Part shown: positions 34,107 to 62,630 of the stretch, in pieces
How the letters are laid out: every line of letters starts with the position of its first letter
Numbering within the stretch: the first letter of the stretch is position 1
Origin: Macrostomum lignano
Taxonomy: Eukaryota
DNA: 64,000 bases
NCBI GenBank assembly: GCA_002269645.1
Contig: NIVC01001905.1
Coordinates: forward strand, 1 to 64,000
Direction: 5' to 3'
Translations under genes and position numbers: made by a program
Notes under the pieces: generated by a model
Told to the model about the DNA's origin: nothing
What the model saw: only the letters and a program-made list of their open reading frames with translations
The model's database searches: none

Positions 34107-35847
34107 TTCCTCATGAGTGCAGCTCAGTGTGTGTGTTCTCACAGACCAACTCATTTCTCATGAGTGCAGCTCAGTGTGTGTTCTCAGAGACCAACTCATT
34201 TCTCATGAGTGCAGCTCAGTGTGTGTTCTCAGAGACCAACTCATTTCTCATGAGTGCAGCTCAGTGTGTGTGTTCTAGGAGACCAACTCATTTCTCATGA
34301 GTGCAGCTCAGTGTGTGTTCTCAGAGACCAACTCATTTCTCATGAGTGCAGCTCAGTGTGTGTTCTCAGAGACCAACTCATTTCTCATGAGTGCAGCTCA
34401 GTGTGTTCTCAGAGACTAACTCATTTCTCATGAGTGCAGCTCAGTGTGTTCTCAGAGACCAACTCATTTCTCATGAGTGCAGCTCAGTGTGTGTTCTCAG
34501 AGACCAACTCATTTCTCATGAGTGCAGCTCAGTGTGTTCTCAGAGACCAACCCATTTCTCATGAGTGCAGCTCAGTGTGTTCTCAGAGACCAACTCATTT
34601 CTCATGAGTGCAGCTCAGTGTGTGTTTTCAGAGACCAACTCATTTCTCATGAGTGCAGCTCAGTGTGTTCTCAGAGACCAACCCATTTCTCATGAGTGCA
34701 GCTCAGTGTGTTCTCAGAGACTAACTCATTTCTCATGAGTGCAGCTCAGTGTGTTTTCAGAGACCAACTCAGTTCTCATGAGTGCAGCTCAGTGTGTGTT
34801 CTCAGAGACCAACTCATTTCTCATGAGAGCAGCTCAGTGTGTTCTCAGAGACCAACTCATTTCTCATGAGTGCAGCTCAGTGTGTTCTCAGAGACCAACT
34901 CATTTCTCATGAGTGCAGCTCAGTGTGTGTTTTCAGAGACCAACTCATTTCTCATGAGTGCAGCTCAGTGTGTTCTCAGAGACCAACCCATTTCTCATGA
35001 GTGCAGCTCAGTGTGTTCTCAGAGACTAACTCATTTCTCATGAGAGCAGCTCAGTGTGTTCTCAGAGACCAACTCATTTCTCATGAGTGCAGCTCAGTTT
35101 GTTCTCAGAGACCAACTCATTTCTCATGAGTGCAGCTCAGTGTGTTCTCAGAGACCAACTCATTTCTCATGAGAGCAGCTCAGTGTGTTCTCAGAGACCA
35201 ACTCATTTCTCATGAGTGCAGCTCAGTGTGTTCTCAGAGACCAACTCATTTCTCATGAGTGCAGCTCAGTGTGTGTTTGATCAGAGACCAACTCATTTCT
35301 CATGAGAGCAGCTCAGTGTGTTCTCAGAGACCAACCCATTTCTCATGAGTGCAGCTCAGTGTGTTCTCAGAGACCAACCCATTTCTCATGAGTGCAGCTC
35401 AGTGTGTTCTCAGAGACTAACTCATTTCTCATGAGTGCAGCTCAGTGTGTTCTCAGAGACCAACTCATTTCTCATGAGTGCAGCTCAGTGTGTTCTCAGA
35501 GACCAACTCATTTCTCATGAGTGCAGCTCAGTGTGTGTTCTCAGAGACCAACTCATTTCTCATGAGAGCAGCTCAGTGTGTTCTCAGAGACCAACTCATT
35601 TCTCATGAGTGTAGCTTAGTGTGTTCTCAGAGACCAACCCATTTCTCATGAGTGCAGCTCAGTGTGTTCTCAGAGACCAACCCATTTCTCATGAGTGCAG
35701 CTCAGTGTGTTCTCAGAGACCAACTCATTTCTCATGAGTGCAGCTCAGTGTGTGTGTTCTCAGAGACCAACTCATTTCTCATGAGTGCAGCTCAGTGTGT
35801 GTTCTCAGAGACCAACTCATTTCTCATGAGTGCAGCTCAGTGTGTGT
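34107..35847. repeat. 43-47-bp minisatellite (CTCATGAGTGCAGCTCAGTGTGT[GT]TCTCAGAGACCAACTCATTT)n
   Basis: Direct; ~40 copies. Confidence 0.95.
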
Positions 35848-36679
35848 CATGCCCAATGCAGCTACACTGATTTACACTAGTACAATGTTTAGTGCATAAG
35901 ATAAGGCAATTCTAATTCTAGCTGAAATTCTAATTTTAGCCTCTAATCTCACAGAGGCTCTCTGCTTTTACCCTGTGGATTTTAAATTTTCTTTTACTGG
36001 CTTTGCACGGAAATAGAATTTATCGATTGATTTATTCTACTTCGTAGCTCCCCCCTCTCTCTCCGCACACTGTGTGCTGAATTTGACTAGTTCTGTCCCT
36101 TGACATTTTTCGCTATACCGAAATCACACAATGGGCCCTTGTCGAATCCAAGCTAACTTAGACCCACTCCCTCTGCTCTGTCCGCAAAAATTTGCTCCCA
36201 TTGTAAGCCAATGGCAGGCTACGGTTGGGATTTCGGGCTGGAAGCGGAGTTGAAAAATAACTGCTCAGTTGCCAAGCCGAGCAAATCAGTCTGGCAGTTA
36301 TTTTTTTTGTTATTTCTGTCAACTTCCCAAGCTGTACTGAATTTGAGACTAAGAAGCGGCAGTGCTCAATACTTTGTTTACTGCTTTACTTCTCAGTCCC
36401 TAAGGCGCTTCCCCCCTTATAGCAGTTTTGATCCCAATCTGGGATGCCAGCACTAACCGAGTTCAAGGGGTGGTAGAGCCGCCACGGAGACAGACGGAGG
36501 GAGAGAGTGAGAACAGTTTGGGCTCGGGGCCGACTGTAGAGCATTATTTGAATATTAATTATTAATTTATCGCCTGCTTCAATAAAACTGACGGTGGAAT
36601 GTCTTACAAACCGGTGCCAAAGCTGAGTGCAAGGCAGGATTCCGTTTGGTGAGTGCAGCTCGTTGTCTGTCAGGGAAGC

Positions 36680-37497
36680 TCTGTCAGTAGCTCAATTGGT
36701 CTGTCAGAAGGGGTATGTCAGTAGCTCAATAGGTCTGTCAGAAGGGGTATGTCAGTAGCTCAGTGAGTCTGTCAGAAGGATTCTGTCAGTAGCTCAATAG
36801 GTCTGTCATCAGTAGCTCAATAGGTCTGTCAGTAGCTCAATAGGTCTGTCAGTAGCTCAATAGGTCTGTCAGTAGCTCAATTGGTCTGTCAGTAGCTCAA
36901 TAGGTCTGTCAGTAGCTCAATTGGTCTGTCAGTAGCTCAATAGGTCTGTCAGAAGGGGTATGTCAGTAGCTCAATTGGTCTGTCAGAAGGGGTATGTCAG
37001 TAGCTCAATTGGTCTGTCAGAAGGGGTATGTCAGTAGCTCAGTGAGTCTGTCAGAAGGATTCTGTCAGTAGCTCAATAGGTCTGTCATCAGTAGCTCAAT
37101 AGGTCTGTCATCAGTAGCTCAATAGGTCTGTCATCAGTAGCTCAATAGGTCTGTCAGTAGCTCAATAGGTCTGTCAGTAGCTCAATAGGTCTGTCAGTAG
37201 CTCAATAGGTCTGTCAGTAGCTCAATAGGTCTGTCAGTAGCTCAATAGGTCTGTCAGTAGCTCAATAGGTCTGTCAGTAGCTCAATAGGTCTGTCAGTAG
37301 CTCAATAGGTCTGTCAGTAGCTCAATAGGTCTGTCAGTAGCTCAATAGGTCTGTCAGTAGCTCAATAGGTCTGTCAGTAGCTCAGTGAGTCTGTCAGAAG
37401 GATTCTGTCAGTAGCTCAGTGAGTCTGTCAGAAGGGGTCTGTCAGTAGCTCAGTGAGTCTGTCAGAAGGATTCTGTCAGTAGCTCAATAGGTCTGAC
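36680..37497. repeat. 20-bp minisatellite (CTGTCAGTAGCTCAATAGGT)n with longer variant units
   Basis: Direct; lies between candidate donor 36649 and acceptors at 37558/37581. Confidence 0.95.
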
Positions 37498-37581
37498 AAG
37501 ATGAGAAATTGCTCACTAAATAAATCAGCACAGCTTTCCCATCGCAATAGAATAACAGATTCACAAATCCCCAAACGCCAG

Positions 37582-54111
<16,530 letters not shown>

Positions 54112-54281
54112 ACAGACTACTCTGCGTTTTGTACTTTTTTGAAGAACTGCCTAAGACCATTGTCGAACCTCAAATTTAAAATACCTGCTTTACGATTTTA
54201 ACAGTTGGTAATTTTATAGCTTCAAAGTCACTTTCAGAAAAAACGATGTTTATTGTGGGCTGTTTAGGTGAGACTAGTAGG

Positions 54282-55080
54282 GATTGCTAGTCTAGCCAAT
54301 ATATAAGATATGGGATTGCTAGTCTATCCGATATATAATGATATGGGATTGCTAGTCTAGCCAATATATATATATATGATATCGGAATAGAATGGATTGC
54401 TAGTCTAGCCAATATATATGATATCGGAATATAATGGATTGCTAGTCTAGCCAATATATATGATATCGGAATATAATGGATTGCTAGTCTAGCCAATATA
54501 TATGATATCGGAATAGAATGGATTGCTAGTCTAGCCAATATACATGATATCGGAATATAATGGATTGCTAGTCTAGCCAATATATAAGATATGGGAATAG
54601 AATGGATTGCTAGTCTAGCCAATATATATGATATCGGAATAGAATGGATTGCTAGTCTAGCCAATATACATGATATCGGAATAGAATGGATTGCTAGTCT
54701 AGCCAATATACATGATATCGGAATAGAATGGATTGCTAGTCTAGCCAATATACATGATATCGGAATAGAATGGATTGCTAGTCTATCCGATATATAAGAT
54801 ATGGGAATAGAATGGATTGCTAGTCTATCCGATATATAAGATATGGGAATAGAATGGATTGCTAGTCTAGCCAATATATAAGATATGGGAATATAATGGA
54901 TTGCTAGTCTATCCGATATATAAGATATGGGAATAGAATGGATTGCTAGTCTAGCCAATATATATGATATCGGAATATAATGGATTGCTAGTCTAGCCAA
55001 TATATATGATATCGGAATATAATGGATTGCTAGTCTAGCCAATATATATGATATCGGAATAGAATGGATTGCTAGTCTAA
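54282..55080. repeat. ~39-41-bp minisatellite (ATATATGATATCGGAATAGAATGGATTGCTAGTCTAGCCA)n
   Basis: Direct; 3' of the pseudokinase stop codon. Confidence 0.95.
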
Positions 55081-55824
55081 GCTACCAAACACTTATGTTT
55101 AATGTATTGCTAAATCTGTTATTAAACATAGATACCAACCACCTGCAATTTTATTCTGTTTGTTCATTGTTTTCTATTCGGTTTCCTTATCGTTCGGTTT
55201 TGCTATTTTTACAGGTAAAGAAAATCGCACATTATATTGAACTGCAGTGCAGGGTGGCAACCCGTAGTCTTTGTTAATCCACATTGTTGCGAATGTCAGA
55301 AAATGTCTTTAAAAATTGAAACTTATTTTTCCTTGTCTTACCTTGCATAACCCCAGTCGATATTCTTTCATTTGAATTTCAAGCGCCCTCAGTTTTTTTG
55401 AAGTGAGAAATTTTAACATGCTGGCATATGTAAATTATTGTCAAAATGAGAGGATTTAAAGAGGTTTGCTATAATTCTATCAACAATTATTTGTTTGACT
55501 GCTAGCTTTTTCTCATTGGTTTCCCATACTTGAAAGATAAACTTTCACGCTGTTCAGATATGTGTCACACCAGGTCTGCAACGGAACGATTGATTTGTTA
55601 GATAATAATGCTCAGATATTAACTTGATGTTCCATCCGCATGCCTGATCCGTACTGTATGAGAAACTGTATCATTGCAACATCAGTGTGTTCATTACATC
55701 TGTATTAAATAATATGCATATGAATATTAGAAAATATACTCCTTGTTATTTTCCAAGTGGTATTCGTATTATTAAACTGTGAAATTGTTTTAGAAAACCC
55801 TTTGAACACTTCACCCGGTGTTGG

Positions 55825-56428
55825 GACTGACAGCTAGGGAATTAGGAGAGCTGTTGGGACTGACAGCTGGGGGATCAGGGGAGCTGTTGGGACTGACAGC
55901 TGAAGGATCAGGTGAGCTGTTGGGACTGACAGCTGAAGGATCAGGGGAGCTGTTGGGACTGACAGCTGAAGGATCAGGGGAGCTGTTGGGACTGACAGCT
56001 GGAGGATCAGGGGAGCTGTTGGGACTGACAGCTGGAGGATCAGGGGAGCTGTTGGGACTGACAGCTGGGGGATCAGGGGAGCTGTTGGGACTGACAGCTG
56101 AAGGATCAGGTGAGCTATTGGGACTGACAGCTGAAGGATCAGGTGAGCTGTTGGAACTGACAGCTGGGGGATCAAGGGAGCTGTTGGGACTGACAGCTGA
56201 AGGATCAGGGGAGCTGTTGGAACTGACAGCTGGAGGATCAGGGGAGCTGTTGGGACTGACAGCTGGAGGATCAGGGGAGCTGTTGGGACTGACAGCTGGG
56301 GGATCAGGGGAGCTGTTGGGACTGACAGCTGAAGGATCAGGTGAGCTATTGGGACTGACAGCTGAAGGATCAGGTGAGCTGTTGGAACTGACAGCTGGGG
56401 GTTCAGGGGAGCTGTTGGGACTGACAGC
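55825..56428. repeat. 33-bp minisatellite (GAGCTGTTGGGACTGACAGCTGAAGGATCAGGG)n
   Basis: Direct; ~18 copies. Confidence 0.95.
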
Positions 56429-56979
56429 GGACAGTTACTCTGCAAATCAGGGGTAATTTTTTATCTTTATCTATTATTCAAGGTAAAAATATAATTTTGC
56501 TGCGCAGAGTGAGGGGTGAAGTAAGGTGAAAACTAAACGTGACCTGTACACTACCCTGCTGTGCGCAGTACCCACACTGCCTACAGCAAAGCACAGTAAA
56601 AGCTCTTACTTCAAGATTTATCGAACCGAATGTTTTATGGCGGAAGGCCTGCAAAGTTATTACAATTTAAGCGCATATTCTGCAAAAATTTTGGCTACCA
56701 ACTTTTGTGATTTAATCTGCAGTGCTGCTTTTACTTTTTGGCTTTAAAGAATATTTGCGCGCTGAAACCATTTGCTATTTACAAAAAATAGTAAGTATTT
56801 CATTTTTAGTATATAGGGTTGGTCAAGAATTGCGATCTCTAGACATTCATTCAAACATACAAACCTTAGAGATTTAGTAGATTTGGATTGTTAGTATGAG
56901 TACATGGATTTAGTAAATACAATATTTTCATGTACGGGTCCGTATGTTAACTTAAAAGATAAAGCTGAGAGACACAGGA

Positions 56980-57446
56980 GTGAGATTGAGGGGTGAGATT
57001 GAGGGGTGAGATTGAGGGATGAGAATAGAAAGGTGAGATAAGAGGGATGAGACAAAGAGGGGTGAGATAAGAGGGGTGAGATAAGAGGGGTGAGATAAGA
57101 GGGGTGAGATAAGAGGGGTGAGATTGAGGGGTGAGATTGAGGGATGAGAATAGAAAGGTGAGATAAGAGGGATGAGACAAAGAGGGGTGAGATAAGAGGG
57201 GTGAGATAAGAGGGGTGAGATAAAAGGGGTGAGATAAGAGGGGTGAGATAAGAGGGGTGAGATAAGAGGGGTGAGATAAGAGGGGTGAGATAAGAGGGGT
57301 GAGATAAGAGGGGTGAGATAAGAGGGGTGAGATAAGAGGGGTGAGATAAGAGGGGTGAGATAAGAGGGGTGAGATAAGAGGGGTGAGATAAGAGAAGGGA
57401 GATAAGAGGGGTGAGATAAGAGGGGTGAGATAAGAGGGGTGAGATA
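56980..57446. repeat. 14-bp purine-rich minisatellite (GAGATAAGAGGGGT)n
   Basis: Direct. Confidence 0.95.
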
Positions 57447-58429
57447 GAGTTTAGATCTACCGGCCAAAAGAAGAAGGAAGCCTTGAGAATGGGTGCTGAT
57501 CTGCACAATTAAGAAAGAAAAGCTACAAAACTTACCAAGCATTTCTCCGCAAAATAGAATATTTTTGCTTAGAAATTAGGAAAAGATCAGTTGATTTTAA
57601 CAAATGCCTCTCGATTCAAAAAATTTCTGCTAACAAGCACTGATTGGTGAACTGCTCGAGCGCTAAAATATTTGTGCGCTCGGATACATGTGTTTCATAA
57701 ATTATAAAGGTTAGCATGAAATTCCTGTGCCTCTCCCTTCTGCCTCTCTCTCGGACGTGCACACTACTAATAATGGACCTGGAGCCTGTGTATATTGGAT
57801 ACATTGGTAATTGAAGCAACCACGGCTGAAGGTTCAATAGTTCTACATGCCATTTGTATATTTTTAAGCAGCCGCTTACACATTGATACATTCTGCTACT
57901 GCCAGCGACCAGCGATTGCGCAGTATTGGTCTGGTAAACAACGCTTGTACATGTGCGCTTAAACTTATGCAAGATTAGCTCCGGACTTTTCAGTTGTGCA
58001 TTGTGAAAAAGTGACTAACATCAGTAATTCCTAAGTCACATATTTATCTAGAACGTTGGATTTTGACAAGTAAAGTCTCGTTTTAAGTAAAACTGAAACT
58101 TACAAGCTCGAATTACTTCACAATCTCCTGAAAGTAGTAGTTTTAGGGTTTGCTGTTTTTAGTAGTTCTTTTTCTGCTGGAATCTTTTTGTCTTTCTGAA
58201 CTATCGAGCTTTTGAAGTTAAGTGATATCGAGCCTATGTAGTCTCTATTTCGCGGACCCCGTGTTCTCCCGTTTATGTCGTATTTTTTTAGGTTTTGTTT
58301 ATTTTTTTAACATACAACTCTTTATTCCCTAGCGCTGACAGTCGAGCACCTCGAGCAAGACGATAGTCGGTTTGACTGGACTAGTGGGACTAGGCTCTCC
58401 GAACGTCTGATTGGCTAGGAGGTTTATTG

Positions 58430-60640
58430 GGGTTTTCTACCCCCTCCCCAGCCTCTCCCCCACCCCACTCTTGGCAAGTTTTTCTACCCCCTTCCTGCCT
58501 TCCCCACTCACTCTAGTTTTTCTACCCCCATCCTGCCTTCCCCACCCACTCTTGGCAAGTTTTTCTACCCCCTTCCTGCCTTCCCCCACCCCTCTCTGGT
58601 TATTCGATTTTCTATCCCCTCCAAGCCTCCCCCCAGCCCACTCTTGGCAAGTTTTTCTACCCCCTTCCTGCCTTCCCCCACCCCTCTCTGGTTATTCGAT
58701 TTTCTATCCCCTCCAAGCCTCCCCCCAGCCCACTCTTGGCAAGTTTTTCTACCCCCTTCCTGCCTTCCCCAACCACTCTTGGCTAGTTTTCTACCCCCTT
58801 CCTGCCTTCCCCACCCACTCTTGGCTAGTTTTTCTACCCCCTTCCTGCCTTCCCCAACCACTCTTGGCTAGTTTTTCTACCCCCTTCCCGCCTTCCCCAA
58901 CCACTCTTGGCAAGTTTTTCTACCCCCTTCCTGCCTTCCCCACTCACTCTTGGCAAGTTTTTCTACCCCCTTCCCGCCTTCCCCACCCACTCTTGGCAAG
59001 TTTTTCTACCCCCTTCCTGCCTTCCCCACCCACTCTTGGCAAGTTTTTCTACCCCCTTCCTGACTTCCCTCACCCCTCTCTGGTTATTCGATTTTCTATC
59101 CCCTCTAAGCCTCCCCCCAGCCCACTCTTGGCAAGTTTTTCTACCCCCTTCCTGCCTTCCCCAACCACTCTTGGCTAGTTTTCTACCCCCTTCCTGCCTT
59201 CCCCACCCACTCTTGGCAAGTTTTTCTACCCCCTTCCTGCCTTCCCCACCCACTCTTGGCAAGTTTTTCTACCCCCTTCCTGCCTTCCCCACCCACTCTT
59301 GGCAAGTTTTTCTACCCCCTTCCCGCCTTCCCCACCCACTCTTGGCAAGTTTTTCTACCCCCTTCCTGCCTTCCCCACCCACTCTTGGCAAGTTTTTCTA
59401 CCCCCTTCCTGACTTCCCTCACCCCTCTCTGGTTATTCGATTTTCTATCCCCTCCAAGCCTCCCCCCAGCCCACTCTTGGCAAGTATTTCTACCCCCTTC
59501 CTGCCTTCCCCAACCACTCTTGGCTAGTTTTCTACCCCCTTCCTGCCTTCCCCACCCACTCTTGGCTAGTTTTTCTACCCCCTTCCCGCCTTCCCCAACC
59601 ACTCTTGGCAAGTTTTTCTACCCCCTTCCTGCCTTCCCCACTCACTCTTGGCAAGTTTTTCTACCCCCTTCCCGCCTTCCCCACCCACTCTTGGCAATTT
59701 TTTCTACCCCCTTCCTGCCTTCCCCACTCACTCTTGGCAAGTTTTTCTACCCCTTCCCGCCTTCCCACCCACTCTTGGCAATTTTTTCTACCCCCTTCCC
59801 GCCTTCCCCACCCACTCTTGGCAAGTTTTTCTACCCCCTTCCTGCCTCCCCCACCCACTCTTGGCAAGTTTTTCTACCCCCTTCCTGCCTTCCCCACTCA
59901 CTCTTGGCAAGTTTTTCTACCCCCTTCCTGCCTTCCCTCACCCCTCTCTGGTTATTCGATTTTCTATCCCCTCTAAGCCTCCCCCCAGCCCACTCTTGGC
60001 AAGTTTTTCTACCCCCTTCCTGCCTTCCCCAACCACTCTTGGCTAGTTTTCTACCCCCTTCCTGCCTTCCCCACCCACTCTTGGCAAGTTTTTCTACCCC
60101 CTTCCTGCCTTCCCCACCCACTCTTGGCAAGTTTTTCTACCCCCTTCCTGCCTTCCCCACCCACTCTTGGCAAGTTTTTCTACCCCCTTCCTGCCTCCCC
60201 CACCCACTCTTGGCAATTTTTTCTACCCCCTTCCTGCCTTCCCCACTCACTCTTGGCAAGTTTTTCTACCCCCTTCCCGCCTTCCCCACCCACTCTTGGC
60301 AATTTTTTCTACCCCCTTCCCGCCTTCCCCACCCACTCTTGGCAAGTTTTTCTACCCCCTTCCTGCCTCCCCCACCCACTCTTGGCAAGTTTTTCTACCC
60401 CCTTCCTGCCTTCCCCACTCACTCTTGGCAAGTTTTTCTACCCCCTTCCTGCCTTCCCCACCCACTCTTGGCAAGTTTTTCTACCCCCTTCCTGCCTTCC
60501 CCACCCACTCTTGGCAAGTTTTTCTACCCCCTTCCTGCCTTCCCCACTCACTCTTGGCAAGTTTTTCTACCCCCTTCCTGCCTCCCCACCCCTCTCTGGT
60601 TACTTAGTTTTTCTATCCCCTCCCAGCCTTCCTCCACCCT
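58430..60640. repeat. 43-bp C-rich minisatellite (CCACTCTTGGCAAGTTTTTCTACCCCCTTCCTGCCTTCCCCAC)n with interspersed variant units
   Basis: Direct; variant ctctctggttattcgattttctatcccct recurs irregularly. Confidence 0.95.
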
Positions 60641-60654
60641 ACTCTGGTTCAGCT

Positions 60655-61165
60655 TCTCATCACCATATGCGGGCAGATTCTTTGGCACCATGTCACGGCA
60701 GATTTCTTGCTTGAAAATTCTAGAAGCGCAAATAACAGTGTTATTTGTATCAGTTCTGTCTAGTAGACTCTGACAGATCTTTGAGACAAGCTGAAGAACA
60801 TCTTCCCGCAGCACTGACTGCACCAAAAGCATTCAGCGCGTCATCGTCTCGAATGAGACTGCTCCGTTCCTCCAGGTCTCCCTTGGCAAACTCCGAGACA
60901 ATCTGTTGATAGTTTTTCCCTCCAACGACGCCATCGCACAGGTACATCTCGGTAAGAGTGGTTAAGCAGCTCTTAATCCATGAGAATGCATCCAGTGGAT
61001 GAACATTCCCGTACCTCCATTCTGCTTGCATTTGATGGATGACGAGTACATCCATCAAATGATGCAGCATGAGAAAAAACTCAATTGACGTCACGTAGTC
61101 GCTTGAAAAGACTAACAGCTGAATCTTCACGGGTTGCTGCATCGTTGAGCGCTGCATCAAAACAG
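60655..61165 (-). pseudogene. Decayed hAT-type (ZNF862/THAP12-like) transposase fragment with frameshifts
   Basis: Joining frames gives ALNDAATREDSAVSLFKRLRDV/EFFLMLHHLMDVL.../REDVLQLVSKICQSLLDR...ASRIFK...LPAYGDEKL. This recalls the F..LH.L.DVL and R.....F.P...YG.E.I blocks of ZNF862-like hAT transposases; from memory, not searched. Confidence 0.55.
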
Positions 61166-61724
61166 AATCAAAATCAAAACTGAATTGATTTTGGATTCCA
61201 AACCAGCTAGCGAATAACACTTACTCGCGACAGCCAATGGATCTCAAAAATCCTAGCGGTATATCCTAAGGACTGAGAGTTGGGTTGAGCCTTAAAATAC
61301 CCCATTTCGGGGTATCAATTGGCAAAATGGTACCCCAAAGCCTGAAAGCCAAATTTTTAACCTAAGATACCAGCATCACAGCCATTCCGACATGAGGCGT
61401 GAGTCTTGGCATCTCAGCAATTCAATGCTCTGTGCGATTTTCTAGACTTATCTGGTTTGCAATGCTCTGGAACAATTTTTTAAACTGGCCTATACCTATG
61501 CGATGTGCTGTGGAACTTTCGAGTTTTAATCTGTTAATGAGCATTTAGTCTCTTTTGCACTGGAATTTTAGCATTAATAAACTATTTCAATAAATAAACA
61601 ATATTTCGCTGAAGCGCAAATAGCTACACCCAGGGCTAGGTGGCTATATTAGCGGTTCAGTTCTTTTACGTCCAGGCACTTTCAAAGGGAGATCAAGCCC
61701 TAAATACGACAATTTCAATGCTCA

Positions 61725-61870
61725 TGTAGCCTAGTGGTTGGAGCTTCGGACTCACGACTTGAAGGATATTTAACTCTGCTTTGCTTCAGTTCACCCAGCT
61801 GTAAAATGGGTGCCAGCAATAGCTGGGGTGTGGCGACCCCCCAGTCATTGGACTGAACCATAGAGATCTA
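61725..61870 (+). mobile_element. Truncated tRNA-derived SINE fragment
   Basis: A-box TAGCCTAGTGG (61727) followed by GGACTCACGA; B-box lost; CACCCAGCTGTAAAATGGGT resembles a conserved SINE central motif. Confidence 0.5.
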
Positions 61871-62109
61871 GAACTAGAACTAGATTTCTAGATCTGCTAG
61901 ATCTATAGATTTCCTTGACTGAACAGTCATAGAATTTTAGATATCTGGAAGTGAAGCCTTTTTGGAGGGGCGTACACAACCGGGCCGAATGAAAATTTTA
62001 TACCCCACTGAGCAGTGGGCCAATCGTACTGAAAGCAATGTGTTATACGTAATAAATTCATTTAGTTTTTTACAATTGACAAAATATGAACAAAAATTAA
62101 CAATTATTC

Positions 62110-62625
62110 ATTAATTTAAGCCCACCATTGAAGTGAAAAATAATTGCCACATGTCCCTATAGATAAAGATAAAATTTCGTCAATGATAAGGTTCACGTTG
62201 GCAGGAATGCTGTTGCACTGCAATGGAGTTTGAACGTCAGCGATCGAGGCAATTTGATCTTGAGCCAGAAACTCGGTGGCCGCATTTTACAATCGCTCTT
62301 GCTCGTTCTGGTGCCTCTGCTCCGCTGTGGCATTCTCTGTTCGCGATCGCACTGCTACTGGTTGCAGTCTTTCAGGTAGTTGGTTGAACTGTGTCGGAAC
62401 AGCATCTTTTTTCAGCCTCCGCTTGCTCAGAGTCTCGCTGCTCATCTTGCGCTTTAGCCGAGGATTCGATTCTTGAGAAACAGTCACAAAGTCGCTGTAA
62501 AAAAAGTGCAGGGAACATAACCGTGACTCTTCAGTAGGACAATGTCTTCTCTTCGAATCCGTCGCAGCCATTCTTGCAAAAGAGTTTCCCTGTGCAAAGG
62601 AAATTCGTGGAATAAAATTTTCGCA
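62110..62625 (-). pseudogene. THAP zinc-finger (transposase N-terminus) remnant with a frameshift and a premature stop
   Basis: ILFHEFPLHRETLLQEWLRRIRRED / (frameshift near 62545) PTEESRLCSLHF..SDF...RRLKKDAVPTQF. After TAA at 62287 the frame continues NAATEFL...NVNLIIDENFIFIY. The N-terminal CxxxxC is missing; the 12-bp array occupies its place. Confidence 0.75.
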
Positions 62626-62630
62626 GTGGG

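Noticed and set aside
55818-56456. 212-aa (ELLGLTAEGSG)n ORF resembling a repeat protein
   Set aside because: Coincides exactly with a 33-bp array, has no ATG or convincing splice partners, and is also open on the opposite strand.
58411-60773. Long Pro/Phe-rich ORFs up to 505 aa
   Set aside because: 43-bp array read through successive frames.
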